Of a DNA stretch of 64,000 nucleotides, positions 36,683-50,606 are shown in pieces. Position numbers and translations under genes: made by a program. How positions within the stretch are numbered: position 1 is the first letter of the stretch; every line of letters starts with the position of its first letter. The notes below the pieces were generated by a model. It had not been told where the DNA came from and searched no databases. It saw only the letters and a program-made list of their open reading frames with translations. The DNA comes from Neodothiora populina (lineage: Eukaryota): assembly GCF_041146345.1 (NCBI RefSeq), contig NW_027191413.1, positions 2,914,001 through 2,978,000 of the forward strand. The letters run 5' to 3'.

Positions 36683-37132
36683 CGCGCTCACGACCACCGG
36701 TCAGCGGTCATCACACATGCCTGCCCTGAGTATCAACACCGCATCTCATTATCACACATCAAACCTGATCTCATTCGTTTGATGTCGAAGATGAACAATA
36801 AGCGACCCGCGGGCTTGGCGCGCCAAGGCGGACATCAAGGTGGACTCGAGGAAGGCGCAGATGATGACACATGCAATGCTTTCTAAACGCGGGAAGGTGT
36901 GGGCGAGGTCTACTTTTGCCTCGAGGTAATTACTTGCCCAAACATGTTCACATAAAGTGCAATATTATCAAAAGGATACCGACTCTTCACTGCTTATACG
37001 CCAACGTGCTGTCTATCTCGCCGTGTCATCTGACATAAATAGGCTTGCTGTCTCGCAAAAGGTAAAAGACGACAGGCACATCACATCGTTGGTATTGTCT
37101 TATATTTACCAAGAGCGTGCATCCCTTGCTTG

Positions 37133-40100
37133 ATGCCCCTCTATCTCGCTAGGCAACTACGAGTAGCTCATTCTCATGCTATCGGGCTTGTTCCAAAACA
37201 TCAGCACGTGGACACTGCTCTTCTCTCCGCAAGGGTAAGGAAGTTTTCACAAGCCCGTTCATTTGAATCTTTCCTCTGCTGCCAAAAGCATACCGCCTCA
37301 TTCGCCCCCGGTGGTCAATCTCTGCTTCCCTCTCGACTCCCACGTTTCTTCTCCTCTTCAAGTGCTAGATATCTACGGCAAAGCAGCGGCCTACTTTCTG
37401 ACGACATGGTTGGAAGTGCAATGCAGATGCCCGTCGTCAACAACTCGATGGCTCCGGTCAACCGGCTGGCAGACCACCTGGAGAAGCCTGATCTAGACAC
37501 GAGAACATACAGAGTGGTGCAGCTGCCGAACAAGCTCGAGGCTCTTCTGATCCACGATGCCGACACGGACAAGGCTAGCGCAGCCATGGACGTCAACGTG
37601 GGCAGCTTCAGCGACGAGGAGGACATGCCGGGCATCGCCCACGCTGTAGAGCATTTGCTGTTTATGGGAACCGAAAAGGTATGTTGATAATGATACGCGG
37701 ATGATTTCGGGCGAAACTGACGTCAGACCTCGTAGTTTCCTGGCGAGAACGACTACAACCAATACCTCCAGTCGTACGGAGGCTACTCCAACGCTTACAC
37801 GGCAGCTTGTGACACCAACTACTATTTCGAACTGTCTGCCACTTCTGCTCCGAGCAACAGCCAAGAATCTCTCGACAGCGCCAAAAAGGGGCCTCTCCAC
37901 GGCGCCCTGGATCTCTTCGCACAATTCTTCATCAAGCCGCTCTTTCTCGAGGACACGCTGGATCGTGAGTTGCGCGCAGTGGATTCAGAGAACAAGAAGA
38001 ACCTGCAGTCCGACACATGGAGGCTGCACCAGCTGAACAAGAGCTTGTCAAACAAGGCCCATCCTTTCCACAAATTCTCTACTGGAAACTACAAGGTGTT
38101 ACACGATGAGCCGCTCGAGAGAGGAGTCAAGATCAGGGACAAGTTCATTGAATTCTACAAGAAGCACTACTCGGCGAACCGCATGAAGTTGGTGGTGCTC
38201 GGGAGGGAGGGGCTAGACGAGCTCGAGGCTTGGGTCACCGAACTCTTCTCCGACGTGCCCAACTTTGACCTGCCCAAGTTGCGATGGGACGACGTTCCTG
38301 CGTTGTCCGAGAAGGAACTTGGAATGCAGATTTTCGTGAAGCCCGTCATGGACATGCGCATGCTTGACGTCCACTTTGACTTCATCGACGAGGACGAGCT
38401 ATGGGAGTCGCAGCCCTCAAAGTATATCAGCCATCTGATCGGCCACGAGGGCCCTGGCAGTATTCTTGCATACATCAAGGCCAAGGGCTGGGCGAATGGT
38501 CTCGGTGCTGGGCCGATGAGTCTTTGCCCTGGAACTGCTCACTTTTCCATATCTATTCGCTTGACCGAGGATGGTCTGAAAAATTACCAGGAGGTGGTCA
38601 AGACTGTCTTCCAATACATTGCTATGATCAAAGAGCAACCGCCTCAAGAGTGGATTGTCACAGAGATGGCTCAGCTCGCCGAAGTCGACTTCAAGTTCAA
38701 GCAAAAGATCCCAGCCAGCAGGACCACCAGCTCTTACAGCGGTGTCATGCAAAAGCCATACCCGCGTGAGAAGCTCTTGAGTGCTGGAAGCAAGATCTGG
38801 AAGTTCGATTCGGATGCCATCAAAAGAGGCCTTGATTGCCTGCGTGCCGACAACTTCCGCTTACAGGTCGTCTCCCAGGAGTTTCCGGGCGACTGGGATC
38901 AAAAGGAGCAGTGGTATGGCACCGAGTACAAGTACGAGCCGATTCCTTCCGACTTCCTCAAGGAGCTCGAAGTTGCGAGCAAAGCGTCTGCCGCTCAGAG
39001 GCCGGCCGAGCTGCATCTGCCCCACAAGAACGAGTTTGTCCCCACTCATCTGGACGTTGAGAAGAAAGAAGTCGAGACCCCTGCCTTCAGCCCCAAGCTC
39101 ATCCGCAATGATGCTCTTGTCAGAACATGGTGGAAGAAGGACGACCAATTCTGGGCTCCTAAAGCCAACGTCAAAGTCTGCCTTCGTTCCGCTTTGGTCA
39201 ATGTCTCGGCGTTCAATGCTGTCATGACCCAACTCTTCACCGCCTTGGTGGAAGATAGCTTGACCGAGTACAGCTACGATGCCGAGCTTGCTGGTGTCAA
39301 CTATGACTTTTCTAACCATGCGCAAGGCCTTGACATTGCCGTTTCTGGGTACAATGACAAGATGTCTGTGCTTCTCGAAAAAGTGTTGCTTGCCGTTCGC
39401 GACTTGGACATCAAGGACGATCGCTTCAATATCGTCAAAGACCGTCTCCTCCGCGGCTGGCGCAACTTTGACTTCACCCAGCCTTACCAGCAGATTGGCA
39501 CCTATTCCCGCTGGCTCACGTCCGAAAAAGGATTCGTCATTCAACAACTTCTTGAAGAGCTTCCGGCGGTGACTGCGGATGACGTCCGCGCCTTCTTCCC
39601 ACAGGTGTTGAAACAGATGCACATCGAGATCCTCGCCCACGGCAACATGTGGCGTGAGGATGCGTTGAAGACGACCGATCTGGTGGAATCTATCATGAGG
39701 CCCAAGACACTACCAGCTGCGCAATGGCCTATTCGACGCTCGCTTGTGCTTCCTGGTGGCAGTAATTATGTCTACAAGAAGACACTTGCGGACCCTCAGA
39801 ACGTCAACCACTGCATCGATTATCAGCTGTACACCGGCTTGTCCAGTGATCGCGTCACGCGTGCCAAGCTGCTTCTCTTTGCGCACATGATTGACGAGCC
39901 TTGCTTCGACACTTTGCGCTCCAAGGAACAACTAGGCTACGTCGTGCAGTCTGGAGCTACCATGCTAGCAACTGTCTCAGGCTTCAGAATCATCATCCAG
40001 AGCGAACGTCATCCTGACTATTTGACGAAGCGCATTGAGGTCTTCCTTCGCAAGTTCGGCAAGCAGCTTGAGGAGATGAGCGAGACGGATTTCGAGAAGA

Positions 40101-40914
40101 ACAAGGAAGCCGTGGTTGGCAAACGCGAGGAAAAACTCAAGAATCTGAACCAGGAAAGCGGCAGGTTCTGGCACCATATCACGTCCGAGGCGTTCGATTT
40201 CGAACTTGGTAAGTCACCATTTTTATCCCCAGTCGGAATGCTATTTTCGCCCTGCTTCCAATGCGCTAACCAGTTGGCTTCACAGTGAAACGTGACGTCG
40301 AACACCTCCGGACTCTGACCAAGCCTGACATCGTGTCATTCTTCACCCAGTACATCTCTCCCGCATCGAAAGACACCCGAGCAAATCTCGCGGTGCATCT
40401 ACTTGCCCAGCATTCGGTCGTCGACATTGCCGCACAGTCAGCTGCAGATGCTTCGCAGCAGACAGCCGAGCTAGCGAATGCTCTGGCACAAGTCCTTGGC
40501 CAGATGGGTTTTGCTGGCGTCGACAAGGATGCACTGGGCAAGAAGCTTGACGGTGTGGATGTCAGTGGAGGAGACACACAAGCTATCCTTGAGGCTGCGT
40601 CAAGCTATGTTTCTGCAAATCCTTCGCTAGGTGCCGATGCCGCTCAGTTGGAAGGTCTGAAGGTGCAGGGTGCGCAACTCGTCGACTCCATCCTGCCATC
40701 CCTTGGTATCGTCCCAAAGAAGCGTGGTCTTGTCGGCGGCGAGCAGGACGACAGCATCACGAGCAGCGAGAACAGCGCTCTGCAGGGCAAGTCGACAGAA
40801 GTCGTCGAGATCACCGATGCCAGAGACTTCAAGGCTGGTGTACCGCTCAGCGAGGGACTCAAGCCTGTGCGGGAGATTCACGAATTCGAAGACTTCGGCG
40901 GTGCCAAGTTGTAG
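37133..40914 (+). CDS. STE23: Insulin-degrading-enzyme/Ste23 M16A metalloprotease
   Basis: Inverted zinc motif HAVEHLLFMGT, AVDSENKKN, SHLIGHEGPGS and LRSKEQLGY, with C-terminal AKL. Introns ~37679-37735 and ~40209-40285. The start may be 37133, 37406 or 37420. Confidence 0.95.
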
Positions 40915-41028
40915 ATCAACGGTACTAGAGAGATAGATTCTCGTCGCGCTCGTACGCTAGACATTATGGATAAAGTCATGTATGAAGAACCCGATGATGT
41001 CACTATCTGTCTACCTTTGTTCTGTCAT

Positions 41029-42134
41029 TCATTTCGAATCGTCGACCGCCATTGGCGAGTCCGTCTTGCACAGCTCTGGCATTTCATGTCCCTTTTGCAT
41101 CTTGAGCCGCCACTGAAACGCTTGAAGGATATTGTAAACGACACTCAGCGTCGGCATCTGCACACCCAGCGCCGTGCCCGCCCTCAGAGGCTCGCCCACA
41201 ATGTTTTCGAATTCGGTGTAGTTTCCCTTCTCCATATCCACAAGCATGCTAGGCTTGAACCTCATCTCAACCGGCTCAAGACCAGCTATCGTCGCCTCGA
41301 CAGTCTCATCGGACATATTCTTGGCCCCCGCCGCTCGGGCCGCCGCCACGATCTCCTTCATCGCAGGCCTCACCAGCCCATCGACCAGCGTCCCCGTCTG
41401 CTGCACACTCCCCGTGTCCAGCCCCGTCACCGCACACACGGAGTTCAAGCACGCATTGTACATCAGCTTGCGCCATCGCGAGGACAGCACGTCTTCGTCG
41501 TAAGTGCTTATCGTGCGGCCCGCGGCTCCGTAGATTTCGCAGAACTTGCGCGCCGCGGCGACGTCCTTTTCGTCGGGCTGTTGCGGGACTCGCGAGAAGG
41601 GCCCGCAGATCAGCTCGTCGTGGTCCATGTGGTCGATTTCGCCGGGCGACACCTCGTGCGAGCGGATGTAGCTTATCCCTGACAAGACCGTGTTCGAGGG
41701 GAAGGCGTCGAATAGCGCTCGTTCTAGGTTGATGCCGTTTTGGAGCAGCACGATGACCGTGTGGTTGGGCGTCACGGCTGGTGCGATGGTTTCTGATAGC
41801 GTCGGTTTGCAGTCGGGCGTGTTTTTCGTCGTGCATACTATGTAGTCGAATTTATGGTCTTGATATGATGGCACGTGGTCGACGACTGTGGATGGGTGTT
41901 GAGTATGGTGTTTTGGTTTTGGGAAAAGAAAAAAGACTTACGGTGGGATGGACGCCATTCGTGCAGTTCGCCGTGATCACATGATTGAATGTGGAAACCT
42001 CTTCTTTTGACATCTGCGTAATTCGACCGTAGCACAGCAGTCACGGTTGCGAGACCACCTCTCTCCAGATTGAGAGCCACGATCGTCCCCACACCTCCAC
42101 AGCCTAGGAGTAGCACACTGGACTTGGCAGACAT
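41029..42134 (-). CDS. 2-dehydropantoate 2-reductase (ApbA/PanE) family protein
   Basis: Rossmann motif VLLLGCGGVG, LLQNGIN, RWRKLMYNACLN and FKPSMLVD..E.ENIVGE. One intron at ~41888-41941. Confidence 0.9.
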
Positions 42135-43693
42135 TTTATTTTGCGGAGAATACTGGAGAAGAATATAGTGATGACTTTTGAAAAATAGAAATGATGAAAG
42201 AAAGTCGAGTATAAAGGGGTACTATCTGATATTATTATCGGGGGTTGGGGAGGAAGAGACTTTTTTTTGTTTTCATTCTGGCAACGACTGGGAAAGACCA
42301 CATATACATACCATCGAGTCCTAATTTACAGTTTCGTGAGACGCGACAGGACCCCAGCCTATGGTTGTTGCTCATACGTCTTCCGTCGGACAAGGCATAG
42401 AGTCCCCTGTCGGACAGCAGTAGACGACTATGCAGCGTGTGATGGGACTGCTACCACTCGATGCGGAGATTCGGCGGTCTGTCCGTCGGCCTGCGATCGG
42501 GCGGTCCGTCCAGCGACTTTTGATGGAAGGTCCGCATCTTTGCCGTGGATCAATTGATGTGAGCCTGTTTGTGAATGATCAAAGAACACGATGAAGGAAT
42601 GTTCATCTCCAGACAGTTTGATCATTAATGTGCTCAAGTCCGTATACTAAACACAAAAATCCACTGCTTCCCCGTGGTGGAGTATCGTAGCATTTTTGGC
42701 TATCGTAGCGGGCAGGCAGATGACAACAAGGATAATAGTTGTTCCGACACAATCTAAAAAGAGTCCATAGGCGATTCGCTTAGTAACCTTATTCCTCTTT
42801 TATCCGAAAGTCTATAGACAAACCTAGATCTCACAACGACATTAGACTGTCCAGTAGAGCCAGCTCTCTTTTCTCTTATTACATGACATGCGAGATCTGA
42901 AAGACTCGCTCAGTAATAGCACATTAGGCGAAGGGAGGCTCTGCAGAGGTACCATCGAAGATCTCCATCATGGCCTCAGCCAATCCGTCTAGTTGATTTC
43001 CATCATAGGACTTTGTTGATGAATCACGGATGACCTATATGATTCTATCTCACTTCGATCTTTGCCACACACGTCGATATTCTCATTCACAGTCCCTCGA
43101 ATGACTTTGTCGCGCCGTCCCAAAACAATCTGCAGAATTCGATCTTCATCGTAGGCGTGTGTCGCGAGACCTTGAGCTCTATATCGCGTTCCACTCTTGC
43201 TTTCGAAGGCCTCCGTTGCAGTACTCTAACGATCCATGTCTCTGTTGATGGCCTTTGTCGCATACTTTTACACTGATGAAGTCTTTATACAAAACTCCAA
43301 CTACCAATGTGTCTTCTCGGCATGGGTCTATGACATCGCCGCAGCCTGTTTGCACGGTTATCGAGCACAACGACTATTTTCGAGTATAGTGACCATACCG
43401 GAGACCCAAATGACATCGCCGTCGACGAACCCTTAACTTTTAGCAGTCCTCGGCATGGGGCGCAGCAAAGGAGGTGAAGTGAGTCAACAATGCCGCAGCT
43501 TGTGTTTTTATCAAACTTTTCGTTCGTCCATCCTGTAGTTCTATCAGGTAACGACTTTTTACTATCATTCAAGCGGAAGAAAAAGCCCTTCTCGAAGCGA
43601 TCACTCCTAGAAGAAAGCGCGTCAACATCGCTTTACTGTTACGCAACTCTTTTGCTCTGTTGTACTGTTGGTGTGAAGCAACGCCTGCTCGCT

Positions 43694-44746
43694 ATGTTGT
43701 CACGCCAGCTGATTACACACGAGTCCTCCAACGGCCGGGTTAAGAAGATCGTTAGTAGAGTTGTGAAGAACCCGGACGACCCAATTCTTCCGGATGCAGT
43801 TCTTCAAGAAATGGTACTATTGCCTCGCACTTTCAGAGATGACGACGTGTGTTGATATCGTTATAGACCCCCGATGAGCGTCAGCACCACGTACTAAGGC
43901 TGCTCGGCTATGATCCTGAGGAATACCTTCTAAAGACAGTAAGCCAAACCAAGCTCTTGATGGAACACACTCTAATGTTGCCAGATCGACGTAGAAACTA
44001 ATCCACATCAGCCGTGCACGACTTTTGTAGTGGAGCCAAACCCACCAAGGGTGGTCACCTTCCTCAAGCTCCCTGTGGAAATAAGGAGTGAAATCTATCG
44101 ACTGGTCTTGACTAAAGATTGCTACTATCTGTCGATCATCAGCAGGCGTATGCATCTAGGATTATGCGCCTCCGTGAGGGTGCAACTCGAGTCGCTCTGG
44201 CAACCCCACCTTGACCAAATCCCTGACGCAACAAATCACATCCCTCTCAAAGGGTTCGGCTTGCTCTCTGCTTGCAAAACCATCCAGAATGAAGCTGCAG
44301 GCATTTTGTACGGGAACAACACTTTTTCCTTCCGTACATACGATGCTGCTGTGAGCTTCCTCGAGGCTCTGCGCAAAGACAACCGGGCACAAATGCGGCG
44401 CATGATCATGCCTGTGCAGCCGGCACGACTCAAAGAAGCTGCAACAATGCTGTCAGATTGCAAGAACCTCAGACATCTCCAGCTGAATGTTGAGCCTCGT
44501 CACATAAGAGAGATCGGTGATCTCGAGCCTGCAGCAGTCGTCGTGTCTCACTTCAAGACAGTGATTGTTCAGATGTATATGCATGACCCGGAGACCTTCT
44601 GGGAACGATTTGTCTGGAAAACTTCTGGAAGATACCTGGGCAAGTCCGCGCCACGCAATGCACTGAATGATATCCAGTCTTATTCCCGTGAGATGGGAAA
44701 GAACATTCGGAAGATTATTGAACGCCACGATCAAAGGCAAAAGTGA
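43694..44746 (+). CDS. F-box-like protein (FLKLPVEIRxxIY motif), function unknown
   Basis: FLKLPVEIRSEIYRLVL..LLSACKTIQNEAAGILYGNNTFSF. Upstream exons 43694-43813 and 43867-43938 join in frame through introns 43814-43866 and 43939-44010; the 5' exons are less certain. Confidence 0.7.
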
Positions 44747-47588
44747 CTGAACTTTGAAGGACACTAGTGCAGACAAGCTTTTCGAACCCCTTGTACAACA
44801 TCATCTACCTACATAGCTTACTCACGTTGACTTCACCCCGAGATGGCGAGAAGTGACGATTGAGTCAAATCGGTCTTCGATCATAAGTGTATTTATGATG
44901 TTGCTGCTGAGATGCATTAGACAAACATGTTCTTCTCGTAAGTTCTCGCCAACGAGGACCATGTGAAAGCAATTTTGTTATGTCTGCGGTGACAACGCAA
45001 GAACACGACCTAGCTCTACATGTTGTGCATGAATTATGCCTGTACTTCGCAGTCTAACACAGCTTGCATGATTTGTGTATCAACTCCTGGATATTTGTAC
45101 ATGGAGATAGTTGCTGGCGTTGAGACTGCACAGTTCATGTATGGATGGGCCATGAGCGACCAATTCGCTATATATGCTATATATGTATTCAGCGGCAAGA
45201 ACGGTAAAGAATGTGCTGTATCGCACAATCGTGGTCGGATCGAAGTCGACCGAGACGAAGTATACGCTAGTGATTCGTGGGCGACAATGTCATGCCACCA
45301 CATTAGGCCACCCAATATCGAACGATTCCCACTTGGCCTATATCGCGTACCAGATTGTCGGGTTTTTCGTTAACAGTTTTGACAAATTAGACGAGCACAG
45401 TGAAGAAGAAACACACAACGAACATATCACAAATGTACAATCAAATCAAAAGCGAAAGCCATACCTCAAAAAAGTTCAAGGCAATAAGCGAAGCGAAGTG
45501 TTGCTCATTTCAATGTGGTCCTCTCGCATGCTTGGGCTCCGTTGGCTGTCGTCACTCTGTACTGCTGGTTCTGCACCTGCTACGCGTGTCATCCTTGTGC
45601 TTCGCTGCAGTTCCTGGTCACTTACGCCGAGAGGATTGCGTCGCACGCTCGATGGTTTCCAGATTAAGCGAGTCAGCGAATAATCGTTGTCAAACAAGTG
45701 GCTACCGTTCGTCCGGAAGAAGGTCCGGAAAAAAGGGTCGCTATTCGCTCAAACAGCTTGAACCCTTGTCATCTGCCTGGTTCCAGCTCTCGACGAAAGA
45801 TTACCTTACTGGCGAAACTGGTCATCTTCTCCAATGGTTGGTCATAGTGTCTGTACAAGTATGTATGGCTCGTATCTCGTATACTGTATCATCACGAGGA
45901 GCTTGCGCACTTGTACAGTGGGTGACAGAATTGGCGTCCCCTGACATCGGAGATTGGCTCTAGCTCTTCCTCACAACAGCCTTATCCAAGCTGTTTGGAA
46001 CGAGGATCGGAGGGCTTATCTACCTTACCTTAGTACCGTCAGGCCAATAAATACTGTCACCCACTGTTCTTCACTTCGGCAAGCAGCCCGACACCGTTTG
46101 TGGGAAGAGAAGCGGCCCACGGCAATACTTCGGCATCAGCATTTTCCAGAATGGGTCCGGCATTGCTACGCTAAGGCTTGGCTAGGTCCGGCTGTTGCAA
46201 CTATGCGGTAAACCCCCTTGTCGTTCCCCCATCTGCACCCCATGTAGTCCCCACTTATCCTGATGTGATCGTATTTATTTATCATGTTATGCTGAGCCCA
46301 CTTCAGCGACAGTCCTCTGTTGCTGTCCCACTCCTCAGTTCCTCGAGTGTGTAGCAGAGAAGATGCCGCTTCGCAGTATTGCTTTTGATCTTTCTTGCTG
46401 TCGAATCGGACATGTTAGAGGGAAGACAGACGCCTGTTCGTGTTCCATGTGTAGGGCAGCCTCATAGTCACTTTCTACACAGCTTCGAACTCAGAATACA
46501 ACCTGGACCCTTGTTGGATACCTTCTGTAAGGCGAGCTTTACGTCCGTCCGCTCCAATTACGACGATCGGTACATGAGCAATGAAAGCAAGCGGTCTGTC
46601 AATCATACATCGCATCTGGGACGTGAGCGCACACACAGCCATGATGATGGACATCCAACCCGGCGCTCCGATACAGGTCCAACTTTAATGATAGTAGAAG
46701 ATAAGGAACCGCATCCCTGCACCTGTCTCTGACAATCCATGCTTTTGAAGCTCAATTTACGTGGCTTGTGGGAGGGCGCCTGGTTGGCGTGTGGCTTAAT
46801 TCAGATCACTACCTTCACCACCAAACTTCCAAGCTGTCGGCGCTTAATACAGGTAGGTCTTTTGAAGGATGGTCGCTAGTCTGGCCAGAGATCTCGAGAT
46901 CGGTTCAGCCAGTAGGTAGGTACAGCATGGTCCGAGTTCGAGGTTTTAAGAACGACCGAGACATTTTGATTCTTTTCCAACGCTTTGCGCGCATCTTCTT
47001 GGTCTTCCATACTACGAAGGCAGTCGAAAGTTACTCGGCCACTTCACGATCCTGAAATTATGGCACCATCGACAGCGTTATCCTGAGACCTGACTGGTGC
47101 TCCTTTTTCATCCTACCGACATACATGCATGGGCATGAAGACGGCGTCTCTTCAGTCCAATCCGGATCGATCTCCTTGGTCTAGCCGACTGTCGCCTACT
47201 ACGAAGCTGCGACATTGTGGTTACTGTACAACGAAGCATGGTGGTGCCAGACTCACGATGAACCCTACGCGGGTAGTCCCCAGGTACGTCGGGAAGCGTG
47301 CGCGCCGAGATACGAGCACAATCTCTCCTGGAATACGACAAACGCTCCGAAAGCCACCTTTGCAAGATCTTGCTTTCGATCTAGGATTCAATTTCAACGA
47401 ATTGTCAATATTCAATCGGCGTTCATGAGCCAGAGTTGATGATATCTAACTTCCGGAGTATTGTTGTAGCAAGATGCCAAGTCGCCAAGGCATGCTAATG
47501 TGGGGATATCCCTTCCACAGCATAACCAATCAATCCGTCCCCTTCAACGTTATATCTGTTTGGATGAATAACAGCAATATTATCATCG

Positions 47589-47615
47589 GCTAGACTGCTA
47601 GACTGCTAGACTGCT
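47589..47615. repeat. (GCTAGACT)3 tandem repeat upstream of the transcription factor ATG
   Basis: gctagact gctagact gctagact gct. Confidence 0.8.
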
Positions 47616-47635
47616 CAAACATCCAACGCCTGCAG

Positions 47636-49887
47636 ATGCAGACCCATAGTGATGATGGCGATATCCCCATGCGGAAGAAAAAGCCTCGAAAGAGCCGTGG
47701 TAGAGGACTACGGGTCACGACAGGATGGTGAGAATGCGCGATACGCGCGCCGTTTGCAGAAAAGCTGTGCTGATGGACTCTTTAGCACCGTATGTAGACT
47801 GCGGCACATGAAATGTGACGAAAAGCGGCCGGCTTGCGGCGCGTGCCAGAGGGGTGGGCGAGAGTGCCAGTATAACGACTCAAAGGTGAGTTCCAGGTTC
47901 ACCGCAAATGAATCGCGCTTGTTTCAAGCCTTCCCCTTGCTCTTTGCCATCAACTTTGATACAGGCGATCGAGCGGCTGTCAACTCCATAACACCTTGTC
48001 TAGCTATCATGACGCTCTACATTTGCCTCACAAGAGCAAAGCCTAGCGCTGATAAGGTTTACTGAGCCCCTCAACAGCTTGCACTACTCCGTGGATAGGG
48101 CTTTGAGCGTCCTTTCGCGAGTCAAAAAGAGTGTGAAGCTTCACGCACAACTGCTTTGTTGCTTGAGACACCTTTGCAATTTACATGTGGCTAAAATCTG
48201 GTAGAGCTCTGATGACAGGCTTCTTGACCCGTCATTACAATATGACTCGGTTGATGGAACCACGACCCAGGTACCTCGGCGGGACATGTCTGCCTCAAAA
48301 CGTCCTCGACGCGATTCCGATACGAGAGCTGGAGAGTTCTTGGAGCCCGCATCAGCTTCTGCTTCTGAACATAACGCACAAAGGCATTCGTCTTCGACTG
48401 CTCTTCGAGAGAGTATCGGCCCGAGCCCTCAGTCCGACTCCAGCGCTTCTTCTCGTGATCTCACCAGTATAACTTCGAGATGGTTTGGTCTACTTGCAGC
48501 TGACGTAAGCAACGCCAATCACACCTTCGCGACACCCTTGGTTGCTTCTCGTTACCCTCGCAGTGTCGGTTCTGCACATGCCGGCGACTCCCCTGTGACG
48601 CTGGCATCACCAGCTGGAAAGAACACGCGACAAGTCATCCTCCGTGCGGGTAGTCCTGGCCCCGCTGCAGCTCGCACGACGGCTGGACAGCCCAGAGTTG
48701 GCAGTGCTGGCCAATTGAGTGAGGGCGAGTTCATCCTTATGAACCACTTTGTACACAATCTCAGCACATGGCTAGATTTGACTGATCCCAAGAGGCACTT
48801 CTCGCTCTTCGTGCCGCATCTTGCTCTGCACGATGAGGGCTTGCGGAAAGCCGTCCTTGCTCTGTCGGCGCGAGACATGACAACTAATCCCCGCCGACCG
48901 CAGGCTCCGTTCTCAACCGATTTTCAGCCTGACCGCAGCATGGGTGCCGAATACTACCATGAAACCTTGCAATATCTACAACGAGCTATGAAGGACGAGG
49001 CATATCTGCGCAGCGACGAACTACAATGCACCATCATGCTCTTGTCGACATACGAACTCATGGACGGAGACGGCGTGGCATGGGAGCGGCATCTGAGGGG
49101 GGCCTATGGTGTACAGCGATCTCTGGAAATCAATGGCGAGTCTGGAGGCCTAAAACAAGCAATCTGGTGGTCTTGGTTAAGACAGGACCTTTGGGCAGCG
49201 TACCGGGAACATCGCAAAGTCTACAGCTCCTTCGTACCGACCAAGGACTACTCCGAATTGGATGAATGGGGTATGGCTGAGCGTTCAGTCTATCTGTGCT
49301 GCCAATGCGTAAACTATGTTTCCTCGGAAGAAGTCGAGGCAGGCGTCAAAAACGAGGCAGCACGCGTACAAAGAGGCGAGAAACTCGCAGGGCAACTGGA
49401 TTCATGGCTGGATCACCTACCACCTCATTACCAGCAATATCCATCCACACCAGGTTTGAGGATAGGCCCTTTCAGGCCGATTTGGATTCACCCTCCGGTC
49501 TTCGGTAAGTGTTTCTGCATCTGCTCTCTTCATTGTACAAATGACTAACAGCGTAAAGGGAATGCATTGCAAATGCACAACTATGCACGACTGATGCTCT
49601 TATCCACGAAACCCCAGTCCGTGGCCGATCTCGACGGACCTTCTCATAGTGTCCTGGTGGAAGCAGCCGTTGATGCGATATGTGGAATTGCTGTTACGAT
49701 CGTCGACGACGCAGCAAGCGTCATTTCTTCTGGCAGTGTATTCGTCGCTGGCATGTACACATCATGTCCTGATAAAAGAGCAACGATCCTGGAAATACTG
49801 GGACGATACAAGGCGCAGACTGGCTTCCCTGCAAACGATTTTCGGGACGAATTACGTGCATCTTGGGCATCTGCTGATGCAACATGA
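47636..49887 (+). CDS. Zn(II)2Cys6 transcription factor with a Fungal_trans_2-type C-terminal domain
   Basis: Spliced sequence RKSRGRGLRVTTGC|TVCRLRHMKCDEKRPACGACQRGGREC. Introns 47728-47785, 47886-48204 and 49505-49558. C-terminal motifs WLDLTD..HF..VP, WERHLRG and W.W.RQD.WAA. Confidence 0.88.
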
Positions 49888-50071
49888 TGCTGATAATCCG
49901 GTATCTTTGCCGCGAGTGATAGACTTCCGGCTATCTACAAATTTCACTGCGGGGACCCGAGATGATATATCAGACACCCAGCATACCCAATATTGCCTTT
50001 CGAACAGGAACACGACAGCTCTTGACGTCGAAAAATTCTCCATAGTGAGCAGCGTACAAGCACGACTCACC

Positions 50072-50606
50072 ATGGCTCAAAACGCACTAGACTACGAAGC
50101 GATTCGAAACACCGTCGCTCTTTACTGTATTGCTCTGGATACGAAGGACTTTAGTCTGTTCCAGGACGTGTTCGCGTCTACTCTTGATGCTCGCTACCCA
50201 TTCGGCGGAGCATTCGACGATAGAGATGCTCTTGCCAATGCCATTCGCAAAAGGTAGTCCGGGGCATGCTTCAAAGTTGTCTCGCCCAATAATGCTGATT
50301 ATATCCAACAACAGGCTAGAGCCTGTGACCACACAGCATGCTCTGACGACGCAGTCGATTACTATTGACGAGGGTGCTTCTTCCGCATCGGCTACAACAT
50401 ACTTTACTGGTATCCACCTCGGCCAGGGTCGATGGAAAGGCCAAATCGTCACTGCGTACGGTAGGTACGATGACAGGTTGGAATGCTCACCTGGATCGTC
50501 CAAGGTTGTGCCAGGCGCAACAGGGCAGTGGCTGATCACCAAGCGAAAGGTCACTTTCATGGGACGTGTGGGAGAGGAGGGTGTGATGAAGGGGGAACGC
50601 GAATAG
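50072..50606 (+). CDS. SnoaL-like / NTF2-fold small protein
   Basis: IRNTVALYCIALDTKDF..F..TQHALTTQ..ATTYFTGIH..YGRYDDRL..WLITKR. One intron at ~50254-50315. Confidence 0.85.

Noticed and set aside
38861..39640. 259-aa antisense ORF inside STE23
   Set aside because: Typical antisense shadow of a strongly codon-biased gene, with no motifs.
40966..41682. 238-aa + strand ORF opposite the ketopantoate reductase gene
   Set aside because: Antisense shadow in GC-rich coding DNA, with no recognisable domain.
44750..47600. Short ORFs that could be a decayed gene or transposon
   Set aside because: I found no transposase or RT motifs, terminal repeats or consistent splice model, so no call can be supported.
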